Source: Cyanophora paradoxa CCMP329 (lineage: Eukaryota > Plantae > Glaucophyta). Taken from it: a DNA stretch of 64,000 bases. Position 1 is the first letter of the stretch; each line of letters begins with the position of its first letter. The position numbers and the translations under genes were made by a program. The DNA is taken from assembly GCA_004431415.1 (NCBI GenBank), contig QPMI01000121.1:1-64000 (forward strand), in the 5' to 3' direction. Positions 24,101 to 35,268 of this stretch are shown here, piece after piece. Under the pieces are notes generated by a model, which was given only the letters and a program-made list of their open reading frames with translations, did no database searches and was not told the origin of the DNA.

Positions 24101-25481
24101 GGGGGGTTGGGGGGGGGGGGGAGAGAATGTTGCCGAGTCGCCCCCCTCCTTCGCCCCCCCCCCCCCCCCGGAACGAAACGAACGCACGGGGGATGCAGTA
24201 CTTTCGGTGGTGGCGCAGGTCTTCTTTGTCGAAGAGCTGCCGGCAGTGCTTGCACGCCGTGCGCGCCCCGCTGGCCGCCGTACCCGTCCCCTGCGGCGCC
24301 GGCTCCGAATCCCCGGCCACGCTGCCCGCTTCGTCTTCTTCTTCCTCCTCCACCTCGATCGGCGAGGGGGACTCTGCCCGCGCGGCCGACGCCTGCGAGG
24401 AGGCGTCAGGATGAGGAGGCACTGGCGGGGCGGGGTACTCGTTTACATGGGCGAGCTTCTCGAGGGTAGTCGGCGGTGCGGCCGGGCCGGCTCCCGCCGC
24501 GGCGGACGGCGAAGCTGCCGCCGGCTCGGCGCGTTCGCTTCCCGCAACCGCACTGCTGTCGTTCCGTTGCGCAGCGGCGGGCGCGTTCGGCGCGACAGCG
24601 GTTGGCGCGGTCGACCAGCCCTGCGACCGGTTAACGTGCGCGTGCGATCGTGACGGCTGTAAGCTTCGCGCACCGGCGACGGCTGCGGCTGCGACTGCAT
24701 CGCAAGTGGATCGGCTTGGAAGCTCGGTCCCACTACCACCGATCCAGCGGCCGCGGGCGCCAGCGGCGGTTGGGGAGCCACAAGCTGCGAGAGCGCTCAG
24801 TTCTGTAACAAAATCAAAGAAACATGGAAAAGCGCGCGCCATCGACTCCTGCTTGATCCTGACGACGCAGTGCGAGGGGCCGGCGCTAGCGCTGGTCGTG
24901 GCCGGCTCTGCGTCTGGGCGCTGCAGCGGCTCCGGGCGGCAGCAGCGATCCGAAACCGAGCACATGCCTCCACGTGGCATGGGAGCGGCGGGCTGCAGCT
25001 GCACCGGCGAGGATGCAAACGGAGCGGCCGCGGCCGCTCGCATGTGGTGCGGGTCGGGGGTGAAGGGCGCGGCGAACGAATGCGCCTGCGGCAATGCCGC
25101 AACGCCCTGAACCGAAAGCTGAGCGGCTGCGGCTGCGGATACGGACTGCGCGAAGAAGACCCCGCCTGCAGCTGTTGCGCTTCCCGGGACAAGTACGGCA
25201 CCGGGCCTGGACGCGTAGGCGGGGGCGATTGCGGAGCTGCTGCTGCTGCTGCCGCCATATTGCACGAGCGCAGGGACGTGGGCGCGCTGCAGCTCTACGG
25301 GAAGCCGCGACGTCGCGGATACGACGCCGTGACTTGCGGTCTGCCGAAGCTCAATGCCGCCATAGCTCAATGCCTGCATCTGCCCATGGATGGGGAATCG
25401 CTGCAGCGTGGAAGCGTAGCTTGGTTGCAGCCCGTGCCATTGAGGAGTGTCGGGCTGGCTCCATGGTGGCACTGGTTGCAT
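18152..25481 (-). CDS. Multi-zinc-finger (C2HC/C2H2-like, ~20 fingers) protein with C-terminal SAM domain; multi-exon
   Basis: Fingers such as FPCECGRSFATQRGLKRHRNHC, HCCGVCGRGFGSRLGLSVHCRRSEGC and WSCELCGKAFEREISLWSHKAHC. SAM-like WSVAEAAAWAASL..LEEERVNGARLLMLDDADLERDFGFARGVTRRYILRQ|IERLREGS* (last exon 18152-18178). Start at MQPVPPW is inferred. Confidence 0.82.
18254..18450. repeat. AT-rich degenerate minisatellite in the last intron of the ZnF-SAM gene
   Basis: Repeated (GA/CT)TTCAAGCTTATAAG, TAGTATTACTT and ATAAGCTATT units. Confidence 0.7.
18985..22445 (-). repeat. Hierarchical intragenic tandem duplications in the ZnF gene
   Basis: ~19400-20612 resembles ~20640-21908; ~18985-19490 resembles ~21940-22445. 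The 18-bp unit TCTGAGCCCTCCTCC(G/A)CG (DAEEGS) occurs x2 in one copy and x4 in the other. Confidence 0.9.
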
Positions 25482-25692
25482 CGTGCCCGGCGGCGGCGAG
25501 CGCTCAAGAGGCGAGTCACCCGCTGGGCCGCTGGCACCGCTGGTCCGCTGGATCCTGGGCCGGGGTACAGATCTCGCAGGCATGCTGGCACAGCTCGGCC
25601 GAGCTTTATGCGGCCGGTGACCGCGCTCGCTTGCATTGCTCAGCAGCTTCTGGTCCAATCGCAGCGTGGATTTTAGAACGCAGGCCGCTGTC
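25482..25692. promoter_or_regulatory. Putative bidirectional promoter between divergent genes
   Basis: Only 211 bp separate the inferred ATGs at 25481(-) and 25693(+); CCAAT at ~25654. Confidence 0.45.
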
Positions 25693-28600
25693 ATGCGGCG
25701 GGGCGGCGCCGGTGCGGACGGCCTGACGCTCGCCGTGCTAGTCCTGGTGCTCGGGGGAGCGTACTCGCATTCAGAGTGCGCAATTGCCCGCCCTGCGCGC
25801 TCGAGGCCGCGGGCGCGCCGGCGTCGGCGCCAGCGCGTGCGCGTTCTTATCCAGCCCATGGCCAGGTACCAATCTCTCATCCCGAATGGCTCGGGAGTGA
25901 GGAGGAACGGCGTGCTCTGGGCCGCCGGGCACGTGAGCTCCGGAGGAGGCGGCTCGCGCTGCCCGTTCGGTGCGCCGCGCGGCCGCAGTGCAGTCGCAAT
26001 CCAGGAGCGAGCGCCTTGCGCAGGAAGGGACTTCGAGGCTGCCGGACTACGCTGGACCAAGGCCCTGTGCGAGAAAGACTCCGTGAGCTCGAGCTGCCGA
26101 CCTTCGCGCTTAGCTGTCTAGCAAGCGATGGCGGGCGCGCGCACGCTCGGGCCGAATCTCACAGCGATCGATCATCCGATCAGGATGGCGATGGGTTCCA
26201 CAACGGGTGGGAACTCGGGGGTGCGCTCGCCCCCTCGCGCCCGAGATCAAATCTCCTCGCATGCTGTACCCCGGGGTTGAGCCGCCCGGCCCGCAGACCC
26301 GTGCTGCGTCTGGAGCGTGGGGGGGGGCAGCCCCGCCAGAGCCACCGATATCTCGCACCCCGGATTCTCCGACAGGTGCCCCCCCCCCCCCTCCCCCCCC
26401 CTTCCCCCCCGGATCCTTCCCCGCTTCACTGTACCCTCCTGATTCGCCTTCTCCTCCCCCCAACAGTAAGCCGGTCTCCCCTGGCTGCGTCTCATCGAGT
26501 ACCCCGAGCGGCTCGACAGGAGGGACGAGTACCCCCAGCGGCTCGACTGGAGGCGGGACGGGTACCCCAGGCGCCGGCTCCAGTACCCCCGATCCTGGTG
26601 CTTCCACCGGGTCCGGTTCTGGATCCAGCCCCAGCTCCAGTACCCCCACGCCGGTCCCCCAGGGCCCCTCGGCGGGGTCCGGTACCCCTTCCGCGGGCAC
26701 CGGCTCCGGTACCCCGGCGGCGCCGGCTGAACCGGCGTTCCAGAGCGATCCGATCGTTCTTGTCGTCGAAGGGACGGCTCAGGTGCTCCATGGCGCTGAT
26801 CTGAGCCGGGGCCCGATCCTTCGAATTCCTCAAGCCGCTGACCCGGGGGCCTGCGGCAGGCGTGGAGGGAGAGCCCCTCTCTTCAGGCCTCTTTCGCCTC
26901 GTCCGTCGCCGCCGCCGCCGGGGTGCGTCCGCCGTACCCCCCCCCCCTCTCCCCCTTCCCCACCCCTTCCCCCCTCCTGGACCCTGCTTCCCGCCTTCCC
27001 CCTCCACGCCCCTCCGGCCGTCGGACCCTCCTCCCCGACCCCGCCCCACCCTCTCTGCCCTCCCTCCGCTCCCCTATCTCCGCCCCCCCCCCCCCCTCTT
27101 CGTCCCCATCTCCGTGCCCCCCCCCCCCTCCCCTCCCCCAGCCTCGAGCTCGGCCGCACCTGCGAGCTCGAGCCTCTCCCTTCACGAGATCCCGTACCCC
27201 GCTCATCGACGCCGTACCCCAGACGACGGCGGACCGCGTGCGCGTTCTGAACATCGCGGACGGATCCGTCGTCCTCACTCTCGCGGTTCGAATCCGGCCC
27301 GGCCAGTTCCGCCCCGCCCCGCCTGAGATCGCTCGCGCCCGCCCGCCCGCCCGCTCAGATCGCGGCGCCGTCGGCGGCGGAGGCGGCGGCGGCGGCGGCG
27401 CGGCTCGCGGCGGCCCTCGAGGCGCGCTCCCTCTCCCTCCCGGGCTTCTCCGTGGACTTCGCTCGTGCGCCCCTCGGGCGTCTCGAAAAGGGGCTTCTCA
27501 TAATTAGATCTAAGCTCCTATAGAGCTGAGGCCCGCGCGGCGGTTTATATCACACATCCGCTGACGATATATCGCCCATCCGCTCGCGCCTCACGAGAGA
27601 CGACTTCTCCGGCGGCGCTGCTGACTCTCCGCACGCGCAGGGAGCCGCGTGGTGACCGCCGTCCCTCCCGCCCCCGAACCAGCCAAGCCCGTTCAGTGCG
27701 TAATTCTTCAAACTGAAACGTGAAGTCTTACTGATGGCGTACCCCCAGGTACAACTGGATAGCGTTCGCGATCGTTGTGGGGGGTACGCTGGTCCTCGGC
27801 GCCCTTCTCCACTGGGCGCTCCCGACCGAGCGGGGTATGGGCGCGTTCCTTCTCCACAAGCGGGTACCGTTCCCCTCTCTTCCAGCCCCCGCCCATCTTC
27901 TCCGCTTATCGTAACCCTGCGCAGTTCCCGCTCGCTAAGAAGTCCACTTTCGGCCCTGCGCTGGTGCTGCTGTTGCTGTGGCTCGCGTTTTCTTCCCTGA
28001 CTTCGTCCCGTCGCGATCGCCAGTGCAAGCTGGCTTACCTGGGCATGCTGGCCGCGTGGGGCGCCTACTACGCTACTACCTCCGCCAAGGTAACCCCCCT
28101 CGCCACCTGTACCCCCCGCCGCTTCAATCCCTTCCCCACGTGCCTGCGCAGGACTCGAGCTTGGGCCGCGCCGCCGACGCCTTCGCTCATATGACCCAGG
28201 TTCGACCCCGCGCGGCGCCCTTCTCGATGCCGGGTACCTGATCCGCGATTTGCGCCCCGCAGCTCCAGCTCCTCTTCGTCCTCCTCCCCGCCACCCGCAA
28301 CAGGTGCTCAAATCGAACTCGTCTCGCGTTCCTGTACCCCCCGACATCGCTTTTACCCCCCCCCTCCCTCCCCCTTCCCCCCCCCCCCCCACCCCCTAAC
28401 TCAGCGTCTTCGTTCACCTCCTCGGGATCCCCTCCGACCGCGCTATGAAGGTAGCTATAGCTGCACCCCTTCCTTATCGGCGCAAACGTACCCCCCGTTT
28501 CAACGTTCGCAGTACCATGCCTTCGTATCGACCCGGGTGCGTGCGCTCCGGGGCTTCTCGACCCGCCCCCTTCTCCTCCCTTCCCCTCCATTTCAGCTCT

Positions 28601-31275
28601 AACGCGGAGCCCTCTAATTTCTCTCAGATGATCATCTCGGGGTGGGTGCACGGGGCCCTGCAGGTGGCCCACCACGCGACCTCCGGGACCCGCGGGGCCG
28701 CGTGGGTCTTCCAGTGGACCGGCAGCGCCGAGGGCCGCGTCAACCTCGCCGGTCCGTCTCGGGCCGCCCCCGCCTCCGATCCGCTCTCCAAGGCTTCGTT
28801 CCTCTGTGCCCGGCCCTCATTCCTCTTATCCCAGGGCTCATCGCTGCGATCGTCTTCCTTGCCGGCTGGCTCCTCGCCCGCGGTTCGATCCATTTGTCGA
28901 GCGGGCGCTCGTCTCGTCTGGTCTGAGGCTCGTGACACAGGCTTTGTCCGGAGGAGGTGGTACGAGGTCCGCTCTCTTCTGCAGATCGAGCTCGCGCCGG
29001 TCGCCTCGCGAATCGAGCGCTCGAGCGCGCAGCTGTTTCTGTGGGGCCACCGGGCCTCGGTCGCCGGCTTCGCGTTCGCCATCATCCACGAGTGCGCATG
29101 CGCGAAAGAGTAAAAGCTCTAGAGACGCCCCTCCCCCCCCTCCCCCTCCCCCTCCCCCTCTTCCCCCCCTCCCCATCCCCCCGCCGCCCCCCCCCTCCCC
29201 CCCTCTCATCTCTTGCGCCCTCCGCGCCGCGCGCAGCCGCTCGAGCGTGCCCTTCGTGGTGCCCGGCGTGCTCCTCCTCGCCCTCGACCACGCCCTCCGC
29301 TTCGCCCTCGCCCGCTCCCGCCAGGTCCCCGCCCTCCCTTCTATAAACAGTTCCAAGGGTGTTCCTTACGCGACGGCGCAGGCCAAGCTCCTCTCGATGC
29401 GCGTCGAGCCCGGCGGCATCCTGCGGTGCGCGCGCGCGCCCCCGGGCCCTCTACTAGGCTAGATCTTTCTTTCCCCTGGAGGCGCAGCGCCGGCGCCGCC
29501 GTCAGACCCCGCCCTCGGCCCGCCTCTTCGGGGGCGTCTCTCACCCCGCCCGCCAGGCTGGAGATCTCGCGGCCCGGGGCGCCCATCACCGGGCCCTCCC
29601 AGTACGTCTTCCTCCAGGCGCGTAGCCCGTACCCCCTCAAACAAACAACTCGGCTCGGCTCAGCTCGGCTTGGCTCGCCGCGCACGCGCAGGTCCCTGCG
29701 GTGCGGGCGCTGGAGTGGCACCCCTTCTCCGCCTCCTCGGGGCCCTCCCCCGACGGCTCCTTCACCCTCCACATCCGGCCCCAGGCAGGCCGCCCCCGGC
29801 GCCGCCGCAGAAGTCTGTACCCCCGTCCCCGGGGACGCTGAGCCGCCGGCGGGCGCAGGGCCCGGGCTCCTTCACGGCGGACCTCGCCGCCCTCGCCGAG
29901 TCGGTCCGCCGGCGTCCTTACCCCTCTAGACCTTCCGCTCCCCCTCCCCTCCCCGCCTCACCTGAGCCGCCTCGCCCCCCCCGCGATCGCAGTGCAAGGG
30001 CCGGCCGGCCGGCGACCTGCCGCTCGTCCGCGTCGAGGGCCCTTAGTGCGCTCCGACCCGACCTGCGCTCGCGCTCCTCAGCCCCGCGCGGCAGCGGGCG
30101 CCCCGCGGTGGCCCTCGAGCGCTACGAGAACTTCGTCGCCGTGACGGGCGGCGTCGGTGCGAGCCGCCCGCGCCCGAGCGCCGCCCGGATCCGCCCCGAC
30201 CACGAGTTCGCTCGCCCCCCGCGCAGGCCTCGGCCCGGCGCTCTCGGCGGCCCACTGGCTCGCAGAGCACAGCCAGGCGGTGCGCCCGCGCCCGCGCCCG
30301 CGCCCGCGACCCGACCCGTCCAACTGATCGCAACGCGCGCGCGCGCGCACCCCGGCGGCGCGCCCCGGCAGGTCCGGAGCGTGCGGCTGCTCTTCACGAC
30401 GAGGGACGAGGCCTCGGCGCTCGCCTTCGCCGAGCCCCTGCGCGCCCTCCAAGCCGCCCTCGCGAGGCGCAAGGTGCCAAGAAAGATATCTCGGATTCTT
30501 CTAGTCGCAAGGAAGGGAAGGCCCGACTAAATATAACACGCGCTGAATGCCCCGTTAAATCACTAGTACCCCCACCCAACTCCGAGGACGCCCTCGCAAG
30601 GCGCAAGGTACTACTACGTTCTCCCCGAGCCTCGAACTAGCTATATGCAGTACCCCCCCCGAGCTCCGTGTACGTACCCCCCCGCGAGCTCGCGCCTGCC
30701 CAGATCCCGCTGGAGGTCTCCATCCACGTCACCCGCGGCAAGGACGGCGCCGCCGGCGGCGGCGGCGGCGGGGGCGGCGCGGCGGCGGTGCGCAGGCTCG
30801 CGGTCACCCACAGGCTCCAGTGATCGTGACCTCTAGCTTGCTGCAGGCGCCCTCGGCGCCGGCCGCCGTCCTCGATGTGGGTCTGGAGGTGCACTCGGCC
30901 CAAAGTCTCAAGCGCGGCCGCCCCGACCTCTCCGGTCCGAACGCGCCCGACCCGACCCCGGCACGGCCGTCGGGCCACGCGCGCCGCTGAATGCGCTGAC
31001 GGCTCGAGCTCGCGGCGGGCGAAGGATTCCTCAAGTCCGCGGCAGCGGGGCCCGAGCGCGAGTCGCCTTTCCGCCCCGCCGCCCTCCTGATCTGCGGGCC
31101 CGCCAGCCTCTCCAAGGTGCTCCACTTTGGAATCAATGTCTCGGCCCCCCGCTCTGCGCTCGGCACAGCCTCTGCCCCCTGCTATCTTGATTCGTTCTCC
31201 ACGCAGGAGGCGCGGCGGGCGGCGGACGCGGCCGGGGGCTTCCATGTCCACGAGGAGCCCTTCTCGTTCCTCTGA
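25693..31275 (+). CDS. Secreted Temptin-like domain + S/T/G/P linker + SEA-like segment + ferric reductase/NADPH oxidase (FRE/FRO) module; multi-exon
   Basis: Signal peptide MRRGGAGADGLTLAVLVLVLGGAYS. Temptin-like RYQSLIPNG..WAAGHVSSGGGGSRCPFG|RDFEAAGLRWTKALCEKDS|DGDGFHNGWELG|DPCCVW..DISHPG. FRE TM region LLPATRN..LGIPSDRAMK|YH..WVHG..RRRWYE|LFLWGH..IIH. FAD-binding QYVFLQ|VPAVRALEWHPFS. NADPH-binding VTGGVG..LICGPASL..HVHEEPFSFL*; stop 31273-31275. Confidence 0.88.
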
Positions 31276-31437
31276 TCAGGAGTCACTGATCATGAGCATT
31301 CTCACTGATCGTGACCATATCCACGAGCCCCAGGCCCTGAGGCTCCGGATCCGCCGCTCATATGATACGCATGTTGTTTTCATTAACGATACCACTGGCC
31401 AAGGGCTGGGCCGGGAATCCGGGAGCCCCATGGCTGG

Positions 31438-31789
31438 GCCGGGGGGCGGATCCGGGGGGGAGGGAGGTGGGGAAGAAGGAGGGGGAGGGGAGGCGGGGGG
31501 GGGGGGGTGCTGGCGCCGGGCCCCGGGGCCCCCCACCAGTCATGATCAGGGCCAGGGCCAGTCCCCGGCCGGGGCGGGGCTACCGTAGTACTAGTAAGCC
31601 ACCCGGGGGCCTTGGCTCGGGCCGGGGACCGGGGGCCACGCCGGGGGAGGGGGAGGAGCGGGGGGCCAGGGGGGGGGGGGGGGAGGGGCTGGGGGGGAGG
31701 GGGCCGCGGCTCAGCGGCTGGGGGGGAGGGGGGGGTGGAGGCCAAGGGGGGGGGGGGGGGAAAGGGGGAGGGGGGAAAGGGGGGGGGGG
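31438..31789. repeat. G-run low-complexity tract (G-quadruplex-prone) downstream of the FRE gene
   Basis: Many G4-G16 runs separated by short linkers. Confidence 0.7.
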
Positions 31790-32613
31790 CTTAAACATAT
31801 GAATTCGCACACACCGAGACAAATGGCTAGCGATATAACTGAGGTGTCCATCTGTGTCAAGTCGAGAGATGAACCTGCAGGACTAATTATAAGCCTTTCG
31901 GACATCGGACCGGGCGGAGCTCGGATGTGGAAATAACTGGAAGGGCTACCCCGGGGCTAGGTCTAGCGCTGCAGTACAGGGGAGATCCTACGCAAGGAGG
32001 GAATCACTACCCAAGGACGAGAGGGCGAGCAAGGTCTGAAAAACAAGCGGACGGCTAGACGACTGCAGCTGTGACTATACCTAGCCAGCTATGGCCTCCG
32101 GGAAGGCGCTCTGTAACCTAAGCCAATCTAGATCTGTATATACGTACACGCTAAAATACGGCCCGCCGAGTCGTCGGCCGCGGCACGGTGGGTTCGGGGG
32201 TGGGGGCGCGCTCGTGCGGGAGCGGGCCTGGTAGAGCCCCCGGGCTCATAGGAACGGGCAGTTGTCGGTCGGGAGAATCGGAAAAGGAATAGGAATAGGA
32301 AAGGGGGATCGGAGGGGTATGGGGCGGGAGGGCGTGAGGCGGTGGAGGAGGACGGGGGAGGACCGGGTCGGGCGGTCCGACGGTCGCGGTCGGGGAGGAG
32401 GGATCGAGGTTCCAGTGGCGCGTCCCGCCGGGCTTCCAGCGTCCTGACGACCGCTCCCCCCCCCCCCCCCCCCCCCGCCGCGGCCAATGATGCATGATGG
32501 GCCGGAAAGGGGGGTGGGGGGGGGCGGCCCTGGTCCGGCAGACCCCGCGGGGCCCAGCTGCAGCCTGCAGCCTTGATGACTTGTCTCGGCTTTGTCAGTT
32601 GTGCGAATTCAGG

Positions 32614-32725
32614 AGCAGCTGCAGCCTGCAGCCTCCAGGGCCCGGGGCCCGGCCGCCCGGAGCCGGGAGCCCGGGCCCCGGGCCCGCGGGCGGCCGGCGG
32701 CCGCGGGCTGCAGGCTGCAGCTGCT
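32614..32725. repeat. GC-rich inverted repeat (hairpin)
   Basis: 20-bp perfect arms AGCAGCTGCAGCCTGCAGCC / GGCTGCAGGCTGCAGCTGCT; direct copy of most of the left arm at 32556-32573. Confidence 0.7.
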
Positions 32726-33132
32726 GCCGCGCTGCGCATCACCGTGATTCATCATTCATCAGTCAGCCTCGGGTCACCTGGTCGGTGGGTGACCAAGAGG
32801 CTTCTCTTTTCACGGTCATGTTGTCTGTCGCCGGTTAACAATGCTTCATTATCAATCGCAATCGCAACGGTTTGCTTATTTAACAATCGGTCTTCCAAGT
32901 CATTGGCAATGGTTTACAATCAATTGTAAATAAATTAAATAACATAATAATTAAAGTATTAAACTCTATATATATATATAGTGTACATACAATATAACCA
33001 GATAATAAATAAATTAAACAAGTTATAATAACCATGTATACTGTACCCTCCTCCAGCGAACGACCGTGTAGAACAGTCGTTCGACGTGGACCGGTACCCG
33101 TTTCGAGCTCCCTCCTCCCTGAACGACCAGTG

Positions 33133-33457
33133 ATAGCTATAGAATTATATAAAAGTCTGCGCCAGGGTACGTAGGCCTGCCTGCGGCTGGCCTGCTAGCT
33201 TTGTATCGGCTACTACCGGCTAGCTATATAGCCTTCAAGGCTTCTAGCTCTATGGCCTTCAAGATCAATCAATTTATGTACCCGGTAACTTCCAAAGGTT
33301 CGAAAAAATTCGGTGAGCCGAACCTGTTGGCCAGCAATTGCTATCATAGTATAGAATTATAAGGCTGCGCCAGGGTAGGCCTGCCTGCCGCAGTGCGGCT
33401 GGCCTGCCAGCTTTCTAGCGGCTAGCGATATAGCCTGCTAGCTCTATAGCCTTCAAG
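33133..33457. repeat. Diverged direct duplication (~110-130 bp x2)
   Basis: 33133-33263 vs 33346-33457 share TATAGAATTATA..CTGCGCCAGGGTA..GGCCTGCCTGC..GGCTGGCCTGC.AGCTTT..CTAGCTCTAT.GCCTTCAAG. Confidence 0.8.
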
Positions 33458-33883
33458 CCGGCGCCACCCCAGTGACCCGAGGCTGCACTGCCCCAAGGGC
33501 AGGAATGTTTATGAATCGTGAGATTCATGAGTGGAGTCAGTTACTTATGATTCAAGTTATGAATCAAGTTATTATTATCATGAGTACTAGTGAATCAGTG
33601 GTGATCACAGCTCGCGAAAAAAAGTCGGTCCCCACAACTCGGTTTGTATGACAGGGGGGGGGGGCAAGTCGACTTGGAAAATCCCTACGCCAGTCAATTA
33701 GACCTTTTTTAATAAACATTCTCATAGAGCTTATTTCTTTCTATCAGTGCATGCATATATGGTTTTAACGCCGGCGGAAGGGAGAATTTCGGTCGCCGGG
33801 TATAGACGTCAGCACACAGCGCGCCTCCTGCACAGCGCTATCAGCGACCCAGATCAGCGACCCAACGCTCAGCGTCGCTCGCA

Positions 33884-35268
33884 ATGGCCCTCGACGACGT
33901 GCGCACGAGCTTTCCAGCGGCGTTCCTCTCGGACTACGTCCCGCCTCTGCATCCCGTTTTCGCGGCGCTGGCGGCAGGCGCAGCGCAGAATGCAGCCAAC
34001 GCCGTGCAGCAGTCGCCTTACTACACGCCGCCGCGGAGTATGCGCCTCAGTCGAGGCGCCCTGCGCAGCCTGCAGAATCCAGACCCGCGCCTTGCAGGTT
34101 CGCGACGTGGCTGCGCTCTCGCCGCCCTCTGCCTTCACTTCTCGCCACTTCCTCACATTTCGGACGCGCAGAAGGGCATCCCGAAGCGGAGGTCGCGCGC
34201 TCGGTGTTCCGCAACAAGATCCTCCCGAAGCGTATCAACCCCTACGGCAGGGCCGTAGTCACCTCCCCGTTTGTGCAGCGGATGTTCACTTCGTTCTGCT
34301 CGGAATCCTACCACGCGGCGGTCTTCCTCGGCCAGGCGGCACGGGCGGTCGCCCGCAGGAGGGACTTCAAGACGTGCAGCTGGACCCTCGTCGGCTCCTT
34401 CGATCAGCTGGCGCGTTGTCTTTTTTGGCATCCTTCTTGCGGAATTCCATCCCGCTGAGGCCACGCTCGTGCAGGTTGTGGAGAGCTGGCTCGAGGACAC
34501 GGCTCGCGCCATCGGCATTGAGCCGGAGACAGGGGGCGGCCGCACCCGCATCGTCATGGAGACGATGAAGGATTTCATCCAAATATCGGGTGAGCAGTGC
34601 CGCTGCTCGAACCCCAGAGCCTCGGAGAGCCGACGCGCACCCCGCAGGCTCCGTGCAGACGGCCGTTCCGCAGCAGAACACGATGATCGTGCCTCTTGGG
34701 CTCATTTCGGAGGCCTACGATGCTAGCATGGAGGCGGGCCGCCTCTTCTTCCCGATCGGGGGCGCCATCTCCGTCAACCTGCTTGACGGTGGGGCTGTTC
34801 TTCTTCGTTCCTGGCTCTTCTTCTTAGCTCTTCTTAACTCTTCGCGCTTGCGCGTGCGCAGTTTCCTTCGGGTCGCAGGCGTACATTCTGGAGAAGGCGA
34901 CGCTGCAGTCGCCTGCCGCGATCCCGGCCCAGTGGCACTATGCCGAGTTCACGAAGCTCTTCATTCCGGACCCGGCCTGCGAGCCGCAGGCGCTTCTGAG
35001 CCACAGCGACGAGCTCTTCCTCACCGGCGACGAGCGCTCGCCGGCTCGCACGGGCGCCCCGCCCGGCACGATTGACCTCTTCGTCGGGCGCGGCCACATC
35101 GGCTGGGTGCGCTCCGCGTGCGTCCAGTGCGTTCCACAGTTCGTACTTTTCGACATCGCGCAGGATCTGGTCGCCGAGTTTGCGCCTCTGCGCCGGCGGC
35201 TCTCCGGTGCCAGGACTGCTGTGCTGCTGTACTGGCGCCGCGGAGGAACGGCTGCGATGAGGCGATAG
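33884..35268 (+). CDS. Transposon-borne spliced gene (~370 aa) with a putative C-terminal BAH-like domain
   Basis: Exons approx. 33884-34097, 34172-34410, 34475-34589, 34649-34788 and 34861-35268 join in frame. C-terminus FFPIGGAISV..AYILEK..YAEFTKLFIP..HSDELFLTGDE..IDLFVGRGHI parallels the BAH consensus (by-eye alignment only). Confidence 0.6.

Noticed and set aside
23754-26060. 768-aa minus-strand ORF as a single-exon protein
   Set aside because: Its 5' part is antisense to the Temptin exons, and it reads through probable introns; only part belongs to the ZnF gene.
32830-33130. Helitron 3' end (hairpin CGAACGAC..GTCGTTCG)
   Set aside because: No CTRR terminus at the expected distance after the hairpin and no identifiable 5' end.
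33606-33620. CACAG terminus as a Transib/RAG RSS heptamer
   Set aside because: The sequence is CACAGCT, not CACAGTG/CACAATG, and the TSD is 2 bp rather than the 5 bp typical of Transib.
33884-35268. Cargo as Fanzor/TnpB or DDE transposase
   Set aside because: No RuvC D-E-D motifs, no CxxC zinc ribbon pair and no recognisable DDE/TnpD blocks in the spliced translation.
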